DNA of 62,942 bases, counting the filler, from Olpidium bornovanus S191 (taxonomy: Eukaryota > Fungi > Olpidiomycota), in assembly GCA_017911155.1 (NCBI GenBank). It is 29 parts of 29 records of this genome, joined end to end, with 100 filler letters (N's around TTAATTAATTAA, not from the genome) between each part and the next. Parts side by side here need not be neighbours in the genome. Positions count along the whole stretch, not along the records: positions 60,787 to 62,942 come from JAEFCI010004877.1; 28 more parts are not named here. One strand, 5' to 3'. A program made the translations under genes and the position numbers. This document shows, piece by piece, positions 60,841 through 62,942 of the stretch; the first letter of the stretch is position 1; the number at the start of each line of letters is the position of its first letter. The notes under the pieces were generated by a model that made no database searches, was not told where the DNA came from, and saw nothing but the letters and a program-made list of their open reading frames with translations.

Positions 60841-61053
60841 AATCGGTTTTAACCCCTCCCCTCGGGGGTTGTGCCCGAAAAGGGAAACGTCGGCCTTGCG
60901 GGCAAGCCAGGCCGTCGCGCCGGACAGCACCAAACGCCCGTTTTCTGGTCGCTTTCAACGCGCCCAACTGGTGGTTCCCTGGACAGGCTGCGTTTTTTGT
61001 TTTCCAAAGAAACCGGCGCGCTCACGCCTACCCTCCAGAAACTGCGTGAAGCC

Positions 61054-62942
61054 ATGTCCTCGGGTCTCGGCTTCGCCCGAAGAACCTCTTTCGCGGTTGC
61101 CGCCTCGCGGCTTGCCGCTTTGCAGCATCGCGGCCGGCCGGACACTGCGCGTGGTGGTCTTTTTCCGGCTTGCAGCCAGCGTCGATGCTGTGAGTGGGTT
61201 ACCGGTCACCCGTCGGTTAAAGAATTTCGCGCGATTTCTCTGGATGCCGCGTCGTTTTCTGGCGGGCAGTAAAGCGCGCTTATCGCGGCAATCCGAGCGC
61301 GCCCTCGCCCGCGTGTATCCTGCACCACGCACAGGCTGAATGATATTCGGAAACGGTGATCTTCCCTCCACCTCTCTCTCCACAGATGGATCGGATTCGC
61401 GGATCGTTGTCGCAAACCCAGTTGTAGATCTTGATGGCGATGAGGTAATTCTTTTTTTTTTTGTCGAATAAATCTTTGCGCTGCTGTCAGATATTTTAAC
61501 CGGCGGGCGTTAAATTGGTTTTTTGCACAGATGACCAGGATCATATGGCAGATGGTTTGTTCTCACCGACAAAACGGGAGACTTACCAATTGAACCATGC
61601 ATCTAATGCCGGTTTTCGGGTTCTGCCGTTGCTGTTAGATCAAGGATAAGGTTTGCACAGTGCGCCTATGATTTTCGCATTTGGTGGTTGGGGTATGGCA
61701 TTAACTCGGTTATCCATTATCTTGTTTCCCTTTTTTTGGTCTATAACGCCGTACGCGTCTATAGTTGATCTTTCCGTACGTCAAAGTTGACACCAAATAC
61801 TATGATCTCGGCATCGAGCACCGCAACGAGGTCGGTTTGACGATGCGCTCTCGAGAGAGTCCGGTTGGGCCCCGTCGCCTCGGCTGACGAAACGATTTTC
61901 GCGGTTTTTGCGTTCAGACCCGTGACCAAGTAACGGTGGACGCCGCCAAGGCCATCCAGAAGTACAACGTGGGCATCAAGTGCGCCACGATTACCCCGGA
62001 CGAAGAACGCGTGAAGGAATTTAAATTGCACGAGATGTACAAATCGCCGAACGGGACGATCCGGAACATACTCGGCGGCACCGTCTTTCGCGAGCCCCTG
62101 CTGGTAGACAACATCCCCCGCATTGTTCCGGGCTGGACGGAGCCGATCATTATCGGTCGGCACGCGTTTGGCGACCAGGTAGATGATTGAGTTTGGGCGT
62201 GCGTTGCGGGACCGTTGGATATATCGCGCGTCGAAGAGGCGCGAGGTTTTCGACCGTTGAATTCCCTCACTCTTCTTCGCCATTTTCGCTGCCCAACATC
62301 TACTTGTGCAGTATCGGGCTACGGATTTCGTTGTCAAAGAGAAGGGAAAGTTTGACATAGTGTTCACCCCGGACGACAAGAACAAAAAACCTACCACTTG
62401 GAAGGTTTTTGACTTCCCGGTGAGGTTAATGAACTTGTGGGGGTGCTCGAAAATTCAAACTACGTGTTACTCATTACAATCATCCTCTTTTCTTTTTTGT
62501 TTTTTTTTTTTTTCCTTTTTATCCCGGCAGGGCCCTGGAGTGGGAATGGGGATGTACAACCTCGATGATGTGAGTTGAGGAATGGCTCGTTCCAGTTGGC
62601 TGGGATTTTATGACGGAGACAAAATTCATACTTGATTCCATCACTCGCGAAATTCTGCGGGATGTAAAATAGTCGATCGAAGGGTTCGCTCACAGTTGTT
62701 TCAAGATGGCGCTCGTGAAGAAGATGCCCCTGTATTTGAGCACGAAGAACACCATCCTGAAGAAATACGACGGCCGGTTCAAGGACATCTTCCAGGGCAT
62801 ATACCAGCAGTAAGTGTGCGTTAATACACCATTTGTCGTGCTTCTTTTCTGTCAATTTACTGTGAAATGCGCTGGCAGAGATTACCGCAAAGACTTTGAA
62901 GCGAACAAGATTTGGTACGAACATCGGCTCATTGACGACATG
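61054..62942 (+). CDS. IDP1: NADP-dependent isocitrate dehydrogenase, probably mitochondrial; multi-exon, 3' truncated
   Basis: [25 protein letters not shown]...[89 protein letters not shown] and [11 protein letters not shown]. Arg/Ala/Ser-rich presequence. Confidence 0.97.

Overview
This is not one locus and not prokaryotic. It is 29 short contigs (about 1.0-4.3 kb) of an intron-rich, GC-rich fungal genome, joined by 28 identical 100-nt artificial linkers (44 N + TTAATTAATTAA + 44 N), so adjacency across a linker carries no biological meaning. The gene content (AMT1-type MT-A70 methyltransferase, type III glutamine synthetase, metazoan-style class III cyclase, coilin) points to an early-diverging fungus; the species cannot be read from the sequence. 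Most ORFs in the supplied track are GC-rich shadow frames or unspliced pieces. Recognisable spliced genes, many cut by contig ends: glycogenin, PKR1, coilin, gamma-butyrobetaine dioxygenase, CYP51, SFH1 with a GATA finger, an F-box/WD40 protein, a JSN1/PUF2-like protein, UTP18, an L-type lectin cargo receptor, AMT1, ZDS1, an adenylyl cyclase, GSIII, a UFD1-like protein, EPL1 and NADP-IDH. Mobile DNA: a degenerate dUTPase, copia protease and RNase H fragments, a gypsy gag and integrase, and a pogo-like end. The best leads are (i) two different retroelements with about 100-120 bp LTRs and the same primer-binding site, complementary to the anticodon arm of initiator tRNA-Met, one with a gypsy-type gag and one with a 14-nt GC minisatellite nested in an integrase; (ii) the putative 6mA writer AMT1; (iii) strong enrichment of CATG at contig ends. 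No CRISPR array, rRNA or tRNA gene was seen.
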